A stretch of 64,000 bases of DNA, from contig NW_003314264.1 in assembly GCF_000143415.4 (NCBI RefSeq), forward strand, positions 2,117,710 to 2,181,709, written 5' to 3'. Under the pieces are notes generated by a model that saw nothing but the letters and a program-made list of their open reading frames with translations, was not told where the DNA came from and searched no databases. Numbering within the stretch: position 1 is the first letter of the stretch; every line of letters starts with the position of its first letter. A program made the translations under genes and the position numbers. Shown here piece by piece: positions 14,601 to 27,400 of this stretch. Source of the DNA: Selaginella moellendorffii (lineage: Eukaryota > Plantae > Lycopodiophyta).

Positions 14601-14900
14601 TCCGTCTTCGTCCATCTCGGACTCCATTTCGGAGTCCAACTTGGGTCCATTTCGGACTCCATCTTAGACACTTCCACGTGTCATGTGTTGGTCCTTTTCT
14701 GTCCCTTTTTGGAGCCTCGCTTATTGCTCGCTTCATGCTTGTTCCTTGAGCACTTTGTTGGGAGTTCCACTCCCGCTCTCGACCTTTCAAGTCGGAGCTT
14801 TTAGTCCAAACGTGTTACGCTTGTTTGACTTTCGCTTCGGCCACTACCACGTGGCACCCTTCCGGCTCCACTTTGGGGCCTAGGGATTTTGTGTCTCACA
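8639..14900 (-). mobile_element. Inner LARD-type LTR element inserted in the LTR of the outer element; 3' LTR truncated by a deletion
   Basis: TSD ACTCC at 8634-8638 and 14901-14905. 5' LTR 13175-14900; PBS reverse complement 13160-13171; 3' LTR remnant 8639-~9433. Internal region is homologous to 55619-59400 and has no long ORF. Confidence 0.85.
14175..14670. repeat. 6/11/12-bp CG-rich tandem array inside LTR (GGACTC, GGTCTC, GGACTCCATCTC units)
   Basis: Directly visible. Homologous arrays at 8335-8638, 30135-30630, 43915-44185, 50300-50570, 54090-54615 and 59965-60570. Confidence 0.9.
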
Positions 14901-15700
14901 ACTCCATTTTGGGTCCATCTCGAGTTCATCTCGGACTCCATATGTTGGTCCTCTTGTGTCATTTTTCTAGAGACTCACTTACTGTTTGCTTTATACTCAT
15001 TTTTGAGCACTTCGTTAGGAGTTGCACTCCCACTCTCAACTGTCCAAGTCGGAGCTTTTAGTCCAAATGTGTTACTCCTATTTGGCTTCCACTTCAGCCA
15101 CTACCACGTGGCACCCTTTCGATTCCACTTTCGGGGCTTTAGGATTTGTGTCTCATAACTCCACCACCCATAGACGAAGTTCGATGTCCTCATCGAATGA
15201 TAAACCATTTTATAAAGTAACATTAACATGTATTACCCTTTCCATCTTTTTCACTTAGAAGCTCTATTTCGTTAAAGTGGGAATTGTCATTATCCCACTT
15301 GTAAAATAAGGTTTCCAAACCTTTATATAGTATATAAATATAACAAAATTCAACTGCATTGAGGCACATGCCATTTTATTTTAAACAAGGAAATGTCTAC
15401 TCAATCACTTCTCCTCCCCCTGCCACTACTTCACCTCTCTCTTCTCCTTGTCATCGTCGTCCAATTTCTTTCCATCCTTTTAATATTGGCTCTGTTGCTC
15501 CGAGTCTAGGTGGAGCCCAAGTCCCCATTCAATCTTTACTTTCCCATTATTAATAAAACAACTTCGTAGACTTCCAATAACATGCTGTAACACTTCTAGT
15601 ATAATGCAAATCCTCTCAAAGAATTGTCTTTTAATATTAATACAATGGCATGGAACCCCATACCATAATAAGTTACATTTTTAAATAAATACATGCCATC

Positions 15701-18700
15701 TCAGACTGTTATTTTTTGCCTCCAACGCCTATACAATAATCTTGGAATTTCATCACTCTCCACACTATCAGGATTTAAACCCAATAGTAATGCCATCTCT
15801 TCTCTAATACGTCCACGCTCATGTTCAGTGGTCAAAGAACCCATCCGGTTGAGCAGATTATGGAGATGCGGATAGTGCTTGGCTAGACAATATACATGCC
15901 ATAAATGATGACTGGTGTCTGTCCGATCAAATGGCTTCTGATATACCGTTCCATCTGCCATTTGGTTGATTTCTGCAGCCACCTCCTGGACTGGCCGGTT
16001 CTCTATCACCATCGCTCCAAGCCGTTTTGCAAGGTCCCCCAGAACATACGGTTTCTTCTCCCTAGTTTCCATACTGCAAGAGATGGGGTGCACTGCATAT
16101 GTGTGCGTGTTCGCTGCAGTTTTAATCGGCGAGTCATCGATGATGAGGATTTCACTTGAGCTAGCAGTCCGGTTCATCACTATAGCCTCTGGCTTGACGA
16201 AGATGGGCTTGCTACCCCTCACATGGACCATAGTCAAGCAATCCTCTTGCGTTAGGAGAAACTCAAATGGTAATATTACTCGCGTCTGATCGTGCATCAT
16301 CTGTAGCAACGTTAATGCATTGTGGCGCATCATGGATGTCCAAACTCCCAATTGCAAATTGAACCCGGCCCTCTGTTTTAAGTGTCGCATGGTCATTATT
16401 AGATCCTGCAGTTTCTCCCGTGTGATTAATGTGAATCTGTCTCTTTTGACCAACTTGCGACCGCAGGCTTTGGAGGGTGCAATGACATTCGAGGACGAGC
16501 CACGCTCATGGGAGAAAAGGACACCGTTCAGATCAAAAACGATACAGTACCTTCGCCGTGACTCTGAAATGAAATGCGTCAGCATAAAAAATGGTACAAG
16601 TCAATTTTACCATCTACAATATTAGCGAATGTTGCTCCCGATGGTCGTTGAGAGGGTTTTGGTCGAGGAAACGTGAAGGGCGGAAATACTCTCCTCTGCA
16701 ATGTGGGGTCAATCGCATCCGATGGCGTGTGGGCACATGCCATTTCAGCTGTAGACTCTAGTACAACTGGTTCAACAGTGGCATGGGGTGGTTCCGATGG
16801 CGTGTGATCACATGCCATTTCAGCTGGTGCCTCCGTTGGCAAAGTGGACATGACCGAACAGGCAGCAGGGGCGGTGTAGGGAGGTTCCAACGGTGCGTAG
16901 TCAGACGATTGGGCACACGTTGAGTCCGTTGGAAATGAGGATACGACCGGCTCGGCGGCTGGGGCGGCCTCATGTGGGTCCAATGGCGCCTGGTCACCGT
17001 CAGTTGGATACGTGGACAAGATTGACTCAGTGGTATGGGCAGCATCAAGTGGAGCGTGGTCAGCTTGCTTGGCGTTGATATGGATAGTAGCCTCCACCAG
17101 CTCTGATGACTCTTGCAGCCAAGTAGAGTCCACTGGCGGATCCATATGCATGTCCAAATATCTCCCTTCGATTGAGATGGTATCCTCCCGTGCTACTAAA
17201 AACAAACTCATTAGCACATTGAATCGACTATACTGTATTTACCATCAACTGCTATTGAGGAACTAGGACCGATATCACTTGAGCGCACTGCTGATTCTGA
17301 AGGATTGGACATACGTTTCGACCCTTGCTTGGCACTATCCTTCCTCGACACTAAAGGCTAGAGTTTGTAAATTCAACTGAATAATCTCTACTTACCATTT
17401 GCTCTGCGACCTACATGGACAATGTTAGAAATGGTAAAAGGTTAGGAATGGATGTATTATTATTTACCTGATGGTTTGTCTTGTATGACCTTCCTCCACC
17501 GCTCTTTGGCCACCTCAGGCTGGCCATCGTCGTCATCATCGTCGTCGTCGTTATTGTGATCGTCACCATTGTGAGGACCATCCAAGTCCTCTTCGTCCTC
17601 CTCTTCTTCGTCCTCCTCTTCTTTGTCCTCCTCTTCGTCCTTCTGCTCTTCCTGCTCATTATCTTTCTCTGGCTCCTCATCCCCCTCCTGCATTTCTTCC
17701 ATAGGCTGCTCAGGCTGGATGGCTTGTTCTTCCAGGACCATCTTGGGAAAATCATCTGGCCGAGTCTCCATCTCAAAATACAAGACATCCATAGCCTGTT
17801 TTAGTGCGTGACCTAGGACTGTATCCTCACCCGACTGTCTTAACATGGTTTCTGCACGTTCTTGCACCCTTCGAAGACGATGAGATGAGAAAAACGTGGC
17901 CCTGCCTTGAAAAGCTTCCCTCATCCATTGTACCTCTCCATTGAGATTGGGGAAGGGGAGTCCGCCATAGGAATCTGAGTCATGAGGTGGTGACTGCCTG
18001 CTTTCACTCAGCCCTTGATCTGCAATGAATGGCATGAGCACACACGCCATAACCGCGAGGCATTACCTATCATCTTTTCGTTGCCCTTCTTCCTTTTCGA
18101 ATCAAACGCCTCTGATCTCGACGACTGTCCAACGTGCTTTCGCTTTTTATGACCACTGTCAGTTTGAGCTTGGCTGGTGCTTGCCTGTTTTGCCTTTGAA
18201 GAAGTTTCTCCTGCAAGGAATGGCATGAGACCACACGCCATTGCAAATATAATTTGTACCTCCTTTTTTCCTATTGCTTTTCTATTTGTCCTTCTTCGAT
18301 GCGCCACCAGTGCGCTTTTCAGTCCTCGTGTCTGAATATTCACAACGATCTATAATCAAAATAACGTGAGGCCTCACGTGACCTTACCTTGTGCAGGTTG
18401 TGAGCTCAGCCCAACATGGGTATCTTCAACAGTAGCTGTTAACGCCGTTTCAGCATCTGGGGGTGGCCACGCTCCTGCATACAGAGCTTGTGAGATAACA
18501 TTTAAACTTAAAGTGCGTACTCACCAGGTTCGCAGAGAAGATACTGTTTTTCTTTGGCAACTGTAATTATATGCTCCATTGAAGTCACCTCTTCAATGGA
18601 GTTTGTCACCGCAACACACGGGACACCCTTGAGTAGTGCGGCTCGAAAGAATAGTCCGCCGCAGTTGTACTCGACAACGCATTTGCCCTTGGAGTCGGAA

Positions 18701-21323
18701 GCAGGTGACCCACCCGCTATTGCGTTGAAAACCCAGCTGAGCATTTCCCATGCTGCACCTGGAGCTTTCTTTGGATTCGAAAGCTCCATAGCCGTCTTCA
18801 GTTCCTCAGGCACGGGTAAATTGACCTCTCTCAGATCAATTCGATTGGCCTTGTCGAACGAAGCTGGGAAGTCACTCCAGTCCCACTCTGCTGTAGGACC
18901 AATAACAAGGGCGAGTGTGAAGATGCGGACATTCATCGGTATCTTCTTCTTAGCCATTATCCCATGGATCTCCCGCATCTCCTTGCCTTTCAACTGAGCC
19001 TTCACCTCGTTCAAGGCCTTCCAGAACTTGTGATAGGATTCGGAGTCGTAGATCATATAGTGGACTGAAGATTCCACCTCCGCAAGTCCCACCATTAAGT
19101 CAATGATGGAGCTGACTTCGTCTGCATGAGTGATCTCCTCGTTTGTGAAGTCCATCACACAAAAGATGTTCTTGACCTGCTCATCTCCGCGGGAAACGAT
19201 GCTCCTCCACCTTTGATCCTCATCCGAATTCAAGTATACCCGGTAAGGTTCTCGATAGGCCTCTGCTGCGGGGTCGAGCTGTTTCTGAAGCCGGCGGTCG
19301 ACATCAATCTTAATGAAATTTGGATACTGATCCAACTTCTCAGCTTTACTTTTCGTGGCATCCCGCAGCAGATCGATGAACTTGGGGGCCCCCTTCACGT
19401 ACTCATCGATGTCTTCATTTGACAACTCCAGCGCTTCCATCATCTCTTGCGTGGTGTCGATGCTCACCCTCTCCACGGCCACTTGCTCAAAGATCCAATC
19501 CTTCAATAGCGCACGAGCTCTCAGAGTCGTGCACAAGTCCTCGTATGTCACAATATGGCCGGGAGTCATTTTGGTCTTGTTGAAGACAACCTCACCACGT
19601 AGAAGAGCATTAGCCACTGTCAGAAGGTCGTCGTCGTCTAGAGACCGCGAGAAACGCAAGGCGTTGAGCTTCAAATCATTGGGCTTCCGGCCGTCCTCCA
19701 CACCCATTGAGTTTGGCAACTCCCCGTCATGGTACCTCCTCAGCACATCTACCCATTTGTCAAAAACAACTTTTGTCGCGAGTAGAATGTTATGGATGCT
19801 GAGTGTGTCATTGACCCCCAGTGTTTTCGAGAGAAGACTCGAGAATTCCTGCAATGGAAATGGCGTGAGGCCACATGCTATGCCACATACAACGAGGCTT
19901 ACCTGCCAGGCGCTAGTTGCTAGTGCACGTCCTTGTCCTGGTTTTTGTGGCTTCTTCAGTTGAACCCAGAGCTTTCGTGTTCGTGCCAATGTCTCGTGCA
20001 GACCCGATTTGTAGCACGTTTCTTGCTTGACATTCTGCACGTGGGAGATGTATATGATAGATCGGAGGGGCGAGTTGCCTTTTATCAGGCGGACAACTCT
20101 TGTCTTGAAGACTTTCTTCACCTCCTCGCCCACCATAATATCCACAACTATCTCTTGCATCGCCAAGCTAGAATGCTGCCCGGAGACGGCATAGAATCGG
20201 ATGTTCTGATCGTCCAACACCTTCCTATTGATCAAGTCTGGAAACCTCATCTCGCCCTTCATTTTTTGGTAGTAGGGGATCACGTCTGCGATGTCGGGTG
20301 TTACTGGACTTGCTAGCATCTTCTGCTTCAATTTCTCCACCCACTCATCAGATACTAGCCTGTGGTTGTATTTGCTTTGGATGTCGATACGGCTCACGTC
20401 GATTGTATATACTTTGTTGGAATAGTAACAAGTACTATTATCTGCGACGATTTTTGCTGCCTCTTCTTGCTCTTTCTGCTCTTTGCGGCTCTTCTTTTTG
20501 GTGGGTGTAGTGTTCGAACCCGAGGCAATGGCATCACTGAGTAGCTTCTTTTTTGGAGCAGGAGAGTCGCACGTTGGCTTGAGCTTGACCACCCTTTTCT
20601 GCTTCGAGGTAGTTTCCAGATCGACCCCCTTCCCCTTTGCTTCGCGAACTGGAGTCACTCTCAACGGCTCAATGTTGGAATATAGTTTTTGAACATCGCC
20701 GTAGGTGAGGTCTGTGGATTCCATGTGATCTTCATAGACCCGCAGCGTCTTTGAAATTGTGGGCCCCCTGGACAACCTCTCCCTAGCTCCCTCTAGGAAT
20801 TCCTCATAGCCGCTGCCCCCCTCCGGGAAGCCGCTAGGATGTGCAAGGTGGATCTTGAAGGCAGACGCTGTCTCTACCACAAGTGCCAGTCCATATTCTT
20901 GCATGGAACTGCATGGAGTGTCTGTCACTTGGATGAGGATCCCCATGCATTCTTTTCTCCCACCATCTGTGTTGTACAGCCTCAGATCCTCGCCTTCCAT
21001 CCCGAAAGTCCAACTGGTGAGCTCCTCCCCCTTCTCTGCATCCACATTGACAGTGGCTGGAAGAAGAACGCAATTCCTCGCCTGTTCAGAAATGCACAAC
21101 AATTAGAGCTGACAGATGAAAAGCTAGTAGCTGGAAATAACGTGAGGCCACACGCCATTCACCACTGCATCAGATGTCTTGAGGCTGCATCCTAAGATGG
21201 CGTGAGGCTACACGCCATCTGTAACCGGACTGCACTCGAGAGCCCAATCGGTGCATGCCAATGTTGCTACTGAATGGCATGTGGCCTCATGCCATTTTCT
21301 ACTTGGCCTAAAAGACTTACCAT
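15701..21323 (-). CDS. Transposon cargo gene, 11 exons, ~1643 aa: ParB-like domain + degenerate beta-class DNA MTase-like region + acidic/repeat linker + FCP1/NIF HAD phosphatase-like domain (one in-frame TAG at 18282-18284 in this copy)
   Basis: Exons 21323-21321, 21081-19903, 19848-18525, 18474-18388, 18331-18260, 18210-18067, 18019-17468, 17410-17396, 17350-17243, 17195-16611, 16563-15701. All introns are GT-AG and all junctions keep frame. Motifs: FYAVSGQHSSLA; KCVVEYNCGG..RAALLKG; IVFDLNGVL, VWTS, IIDDSP. The ATG-only first exon is the least certain part. Confidence 0.7.
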
Positions 21324-21529
21324 TTGAAGCCGAATGGAGGCGTGACAACCGGACTCGCTGGCGAATGTGCACTGTGTGTGCAGCAGATCGTAGCAGCAAG
21401 GCTACTCTGCCACTTACAGTTGGAGAGTGGCGCTGAAATCTCCCGGGACGCCAAGTGGGCTGCGTGTGGGTGGCGGAGTGGGCGGCGGAGTTGGCGGCGA
21501 AGTTACAAACTGGGTGTGTCTTGAAGTGG

Positions 21530-21715
21530 ACGCCGATGCACACGAGCGCGATGCGAGCGCGATGCGAGCGCGAGTGTGATGCAAGCGCGAGTGGACGCCG
21601 ATGCACACGAGAAACCTGTAGAGAAGTGGGAGCGCGAGTGGGAGCGCGATGCGAGCGCGAGTGTGCGAGCGCGAGTACGAAGCAAAATGCCAACCCTAAC
21701 CTCACACGCGCGAAA
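21530..21715. repeat. CG-dense GCGAGCGCGA-type repeat upstream of the cargo gene
   Basis: Runs of GCGAGCGCGAT/GT; a related GCGAGCGGC array with 30-bp tandem units lies at 23965-24085 upstream of the transposase. Confidence 0.7.
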
Positions 21716-22099
21716 TGTCACGACGGTTGGTAATCCCGCCACGTCATCATTTCTCGGACTTGGGCGCCACCATTAATTTCTGGATCGGCGCGCGCATGCG
21801 TGAAATCCAAAAGAAATCCGCAACGTCATCATTCCTCGGACTGCATGCACGCGAAATCCAAAAGAAAGATCATGATTGGGATATCATTTAATACCCTCGC
21901 TATATTTATACCATGCATGATTGGATATTCCAAAGCATCTTGTATTTCCAAAAATGCCAGATGTTCAGCTAAATAAATTGTCAGAGGATGACGTTCAAGC
22001 ATGTGGGCTCATGCAATTTTGATCCCAAAAAATGCACCAAAAAATGCTCGGCATCATCTGGCGTTTCTCTTGAATGGCGTGGGGCCGCATGCCATTTTC

Positions 22100-23640
22100 A
22101 GGAGCACATAGGAGTATATTCCTAGAATATTCTGACACGCGCGAGATTGTTTTGAGTTTCCTGGAGATCCAACCGTTAGATCGCAACTAGATTTTACAGA
22201 ATGGTATACAATGTCCTTCTTGATGACCCTGCAAAGAAGCATCTCGATCGGACACCACATGAGACCACACGAGCCTTACAATGTTTCAGGGGCATTTGCC
22301 ATAGATCCGACCGTTATTTTTCTCCAAGATTCTACAGTTTGGTGTGCATTGACCTTTCCATCGACACTGCAAAGGGACATCACAATCAGATGCGGGATCA
22401 CAAGAAACCAACTTCACTAACTCTGGTTTCACCAAGATCTACGTAAGGAGTTATGAAATGAAAGGACCCTCTCTATTGAAATGTGTTTATGGTCCTAGGG
22501 GCATTGTGACATATCAAAGGATTTTGCATCAAGTTCTGTATTTGCATGTTTATCAAGCTACTGAATTGCTAAACCCTAAACCCTAAACCCTAAACCCTAA
22601 ACATGTGGCAAATGCTGCGTGAAGAAAGATGCCCTTTCTGGGCAAATGCTGTAAGAGGCAGATGCTGAGCAGATGTATCTCAGGCTAGCGAAGGGGACAA
22701 ACGAAAGCTAGCTATAAACATGACGGGATGCAAATAGATTACTAGGCTGGTCCTGCGAAAATCAAAAACCATAATTGAAAACATTGAAAATGCAAAAAGA
22801 AAGGTTTATAATATTTTTGAATTTTAAGCAACCAAAGGAATGTAAGTAGGGCATGTGTTTGTAAGTTTAAAAATGCCTCAGCCATATAAATTCCCAAGTA
22901 AATAAAGCTGTTTCTATTTTTGGTACAGGTAAACTTTATAGCGTGTGGGCTCATGCAATTTTGAACCCAAAAATGCACCAAAAGATGCTCGACTAGCATT
23001 ATTCTTTGAATGGCATGTGGCCTTATATTGCCATAAATGACACAGCATAATTATTCCTTTACACGGCGAATAATCTTGGAGCACATAGGAGTATATTCCT
23101 AGAATATTCTGACACGCGCGAGATTGTTTTGAGTTTCCTGGAGATCCAACCGTTAGATCGCAACCAGATTTTACAGAATGGTATACAATGTCCTTCTTGA
23201 TGACCCTGCAAAGAAGCATCTCGATCGGACACCACATGAGACCACACGAGCCTTACAATGTTTCAGGGGCATTTGCCATAGATCTGACCGTTATTTTTCT
23301 CCAAGATTCTACAGTTTGGTGTGCATTGACCTTTCCATCGACACTGCAAAGGGACATCACAATCAGATGCAGGATCACAAGAAGTAGTAGGGCATGTAAG
23401 TAGGGCATGTGTTTGTAAGTTTAAAAATGCCTCAGCCATATAAATTCCCAAGTAAATAAAGCTGTTTCTATTTTTGGTACAGGTAAACTTTATAGCGTGT
23501 GGGCTCATGCAATTTTGAACCCAAAAATGCACCAAAAGATGCTCGACTAGCATTATTCTTTGAATGGCATGTGGCCTTATATTGCCATAAATGGACGTAC
23601 ACACACAGCATAATTATTCCTTTACATGGCGAATAATCTT
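22100..23640. repeat. Internal direct duplications (~300 bp and ~220 bp modules) in the divergent intergenic region
   Basis: About 22100-22405 matches 23080-23380, and about 22845-23060 matches 23400-23640; duplicated spurious ORFs (MVYNVLLDDPAKK...) confirm this. Confidence 0.85.
22571..22601 (+). repeat. Plant telomeric repeat (CCCTAAA)x4 inside the transposon
   Basis: aaaccctaaaccctaaaccctaaaccctaaa; copy 2 has shorter tracts at about 41395 and 42258. Confidence 0.9.
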
Positions 23641-24441
23641 GGCGCGGATCACTGACATGGCATGGCAAAGTTCGAATCACTGACATGGCACAGCTGGATC
23701 GAGGCAAGGACATGATGTGACAAAGTTCAACCTCCGACAGTAAAGTCTAGAAGCTACTCAGTTTGAAATTTGTCAAAGGAATCATAAGATCTGGTTTGTC
23801 AGAGGATTTGATGTGACGTTCAAGCGTGTGTTATTTTTAAATTCTCGAACTCATTCCTAGGTCTATCATTTTTGTGCGCCGTGTTCTTGGTTCCGCTGAG
23901 CGCAGTGAGCGCTGCTTGTGTAAGCGGCGTTGTGAGCTGTGGTTTATGCGTCTACAAGCGGTTGCGGCATTGCGAGCGCCATTGCGAGCGGCAGTTTATG
24001 CGAGTGGCAGTTTGTGCGAGCGGCGCTACGAGCAGTTGCGGTGTTGCGAGCGGCGCTACGAGTAGTTGCGGTGTTGCGAGCGGCACTGTCTTTGGTGTGG
24101 CTACCGCTTCCTCTTGATATTCGGCACTTGTGCTTCCTGGTATGTTCACCATGGAATGGTTTAGGACCACATTTAGAAATGGCATGAGGCCACATGCCAT
24201 CTTGGGCCCTTGCAATTTCATGGCTAGCGTATTGTCATGTATGTTTTTACTTGCCTGCAGCTGTGTGTATATCAAGATGGCATGAGGCCTCATGCCAATT
24301 TTGTGAATGCGAAATTTCACGTGGGTGTCAATAGCATGTTTGAATAATGGCATGTGGCCTCATGCTATTTGGTATGTTATGATTTAGGCCATTCTCCAAT
24401 CATTTTTTGTATGGTCTTAACTTCTTTTCTGCACTTTCAGA

Positions 24442-27400
24442 ATGGCCTTCAGGGTTGGGGAAAAGGTTTACATTTTGAATGGTGGGAAGAGAGTTGCAAA
24501 AGGGACCCTTGTGTCTATGGATCGGAACTTTGTTATACACTGTCAAAGGCTTGGGGAAGGCAATGCTGCTGTATCAGTAGAGACTGTCTTCGATGGGAAT
24601 GTGGTCGCTATTGAACGAGGAGAGATGGTCGTCGGGGTAAATGTTGTTGTTGCCTTGAAAAATCTGCAGAAGAAAGCAGATGTTGGGGACAGCGCAAGTG
24701 CGACGCATGTTCCCTTCATGGATCTTAAGAACCGTGCTACATGGATTCAGGCAAAGGTGTTTCTAAACAACCCCGAGGGGGAGGTGGTAGCTGAGGGCTT
24801 AGCCACAGTTGTCGATCCAAGAGATGCGGTTGCTAATCAAGAATTGGGCTGGGATGATATTGGAGTTGCAATTTTAGAGGTTGTTGACACAGAAGAAAAC
24901 AGTCTGAATATTGGAAGCATTGTGCGGTGGAAATTGAGGCATTTAGTGTTTGAGAATGTGAAGGATTCACAATCAAACACCACTACAACTGATGACAGAA
25001 CATCTCTTCATGGGAAAAGAAAGTACACCTTCATACAGCGCAGCCAAAGGGATCTGAGCAACGAACCGAAAAGGCAGAAAATGGCGATGGAGGTTCGAAT
25101 GGTCTCGACAGTTGCTTGTTGCAAGAGGAGGTGCTGTCAACATGCTGATTGGGATGCTATTGAAGAGGAGAGAGCAAGATACAAGACATTGTCCTGGAAG
25201 GCAGCTCGCAATTTTGTGTATGAGGCATTACGGTCATCTGTTGATGCTTCAGAACATCAGGTGGGGGGCATGGTCTTCCAGAGGGGTTTGGTCTGCATGA
25301 AGGCATGGAGAATCATTTATGGAGTCCCTCGAACCACATTCTACAGAATCAAAACTGAGTTCGAGGAACAAAGGGTTCAACAGGCAGTCCATGGGAACGA
25401 CGGTACGCACAAAACCAGGGGTCATGTTGTATATGGAGAGGCAATCTTCAAGAGGTTTGTCGAGACATGTAGCGAGCAGCAACCACATAAAACCCGCCTC
25501 TTGGAAGATGGAACACGAGACACCCAACGAGTTCTCCCTTCCATGTATACCAAGGGGGCCATATTGGAAGATGTGAATCGGGAACTCCAGAGTAATGGCT
25601 ACAGGAAGCTGAGCCAATCTAGATTTAGTAGATTGTGGAGCAACAGGTTCAGGGATGTGAGTATAGGAAAGTACTCCAGCTTTTCAAAGTGTGACGAGTG
25701 CACTGCTATCAAAATGGCTTTGTCGAAGAATTCTTGCAGCGCTCAAGAGCGAGAGACGTTGGTTAGAAGGCGGCTCGACCACAACATCGAGCAGAGAAGC
25801 TGCAGGACTGCATATTATCATAACAGGATTCTCTCCATGGAGAGACCTGACTCTTACCTCTGCATCATCCACGACAAAATGGACCAGAAAAAGACGTGCT
25901 TACCTCGACTCAATCCTGCCCCCAAGGCAATCTCTTCATCCATGCAGCTGCCTGTGTCTCTGTTTGGCATAATCGCTCATGGGCATGGTGCCCAGAACTA
26001 TGGGAACTTCTTTGTACCTCTATGGGGTGGCGGGGGTGCAAACATGATGATTGCGTCCCTAGCAAAACACTTAAGGTCTCTGCAAAGTGCGCAGACTGAG
26101 CTGAATGGCCAACCCTTGCATAAGGCCCTTGTCGATCGAACCCCATACAGGGTTCAGCTGGAGGAGGAGCAAAGGCTTGCAGTATCGCGTGGGGCCCCAT
26201 GCCATCCCAGTGAATATGTTGGCCGTCAGATTGTAGGGTTATCACGTGAGGCCTCATGCCATTCCGACGAGGCTGGTCGCCCGGTGAATGCACAGCCTCA
26301 TCCAAACGAAGCAGAATCTCAAGGAAGTTCTTGCGGCCGATGTGGCCTTCCACCCCATCTTCTGCTCCAAACAGACAATGCTGGCAGTGAGAACAAAAAC
26401 ATGTACGTCTTCGCGTACTTGGCGATGCTTGTTGCCAAAGGCATATTTGAAACGGTTACACTTGGCTTTCTCATGGTTGGGCACACTCATGAAGACGTCG
26501 ATGCCATGTTCAGTCACCTGGCAGAGTCCCTCCGGCGATCCAATGTCCTCACCCTCCCACAACTCTACGATGAATTCCAAAATTGCATCAAAGGCACTGT
26601 TGAAGCTGCACTTGTGACAGAGGTTCCAGACTTTAAGGGGTTTGTAAGAGGCTACATCAGGGACGGATCCGAAATGCTGATTGGCCACTCCAAGCCTCTT
26701 CAGTTTCATTTCAGCATGCGTGACAGTGCTCCAGTGATGAGGTACAAGATGAGAGAATGGGACATAGTGTGGTTGCCAGTGGACGGCATTGAACTCTTCA
26801 AGAGAGATCCCATAACTGGGGAACCTATGATTCCTCAGGGTTCCCCACGGCCGATGCACCCGGATGGACTCAAAGACCAGGAAAGTATAGTGGCCGGGAT
26901 TAGACAGCATATTGCCTTCTGGAAGAGGGGGTTGGTGTTTGGTGGAGAATCCTATTTTAAGAGGTGCAAGCCTTTGCTCGAATACTGGGAGAAGATTATA
27001 TCTGCTATCCAAAATGGGCCGGTTGTATATGAAGAATTGGAAGAGTCCTTTTGGCCAGAACCCAGAGCACCAGATAGTAGCGGAACAATGTCCTCTGGAA
27101 ATGCAGTGACAGATAACGATGTTGAGGATCACTATTGTGGGCCGAGGAACAAGAAGCCGGATTCAACATTCAATCCAGTACAAGTCTGCAAAGGAATGGT
27201 CGTGCTTGTCAGACCCAGTAATAAAAAACAAATGATATGGGTGGGGCGCTGCATCATTGATGCAGAGGAGGACGCGGAAACTAACTCCTTCAATGTAACT
27301 GTGGAGTGGTTCAAGCCAAGTTCCGGATATACGAAGGATTGCCTAGAAAAGAGATGGGTGCTGAATCCAAGGGATCCCAGCATGAGCATATCGGTGGATA

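Noticed and set aside
18560-19200. Active DNA methyltransferase
   Set aside because: The DPPY/SPPY catalytic motif is absent and FxGxG is degenerate; only fold similarity is proposed.
21137-24370. Clusters of palindromes with ~40-75 nt gaps that superficially resemble a CRISPR array
   Set aside because: Only 2-3 per cluster, irregular spacing, degenerate copies, no cas genes, and they lie in introns of a eukaryotic transposon.
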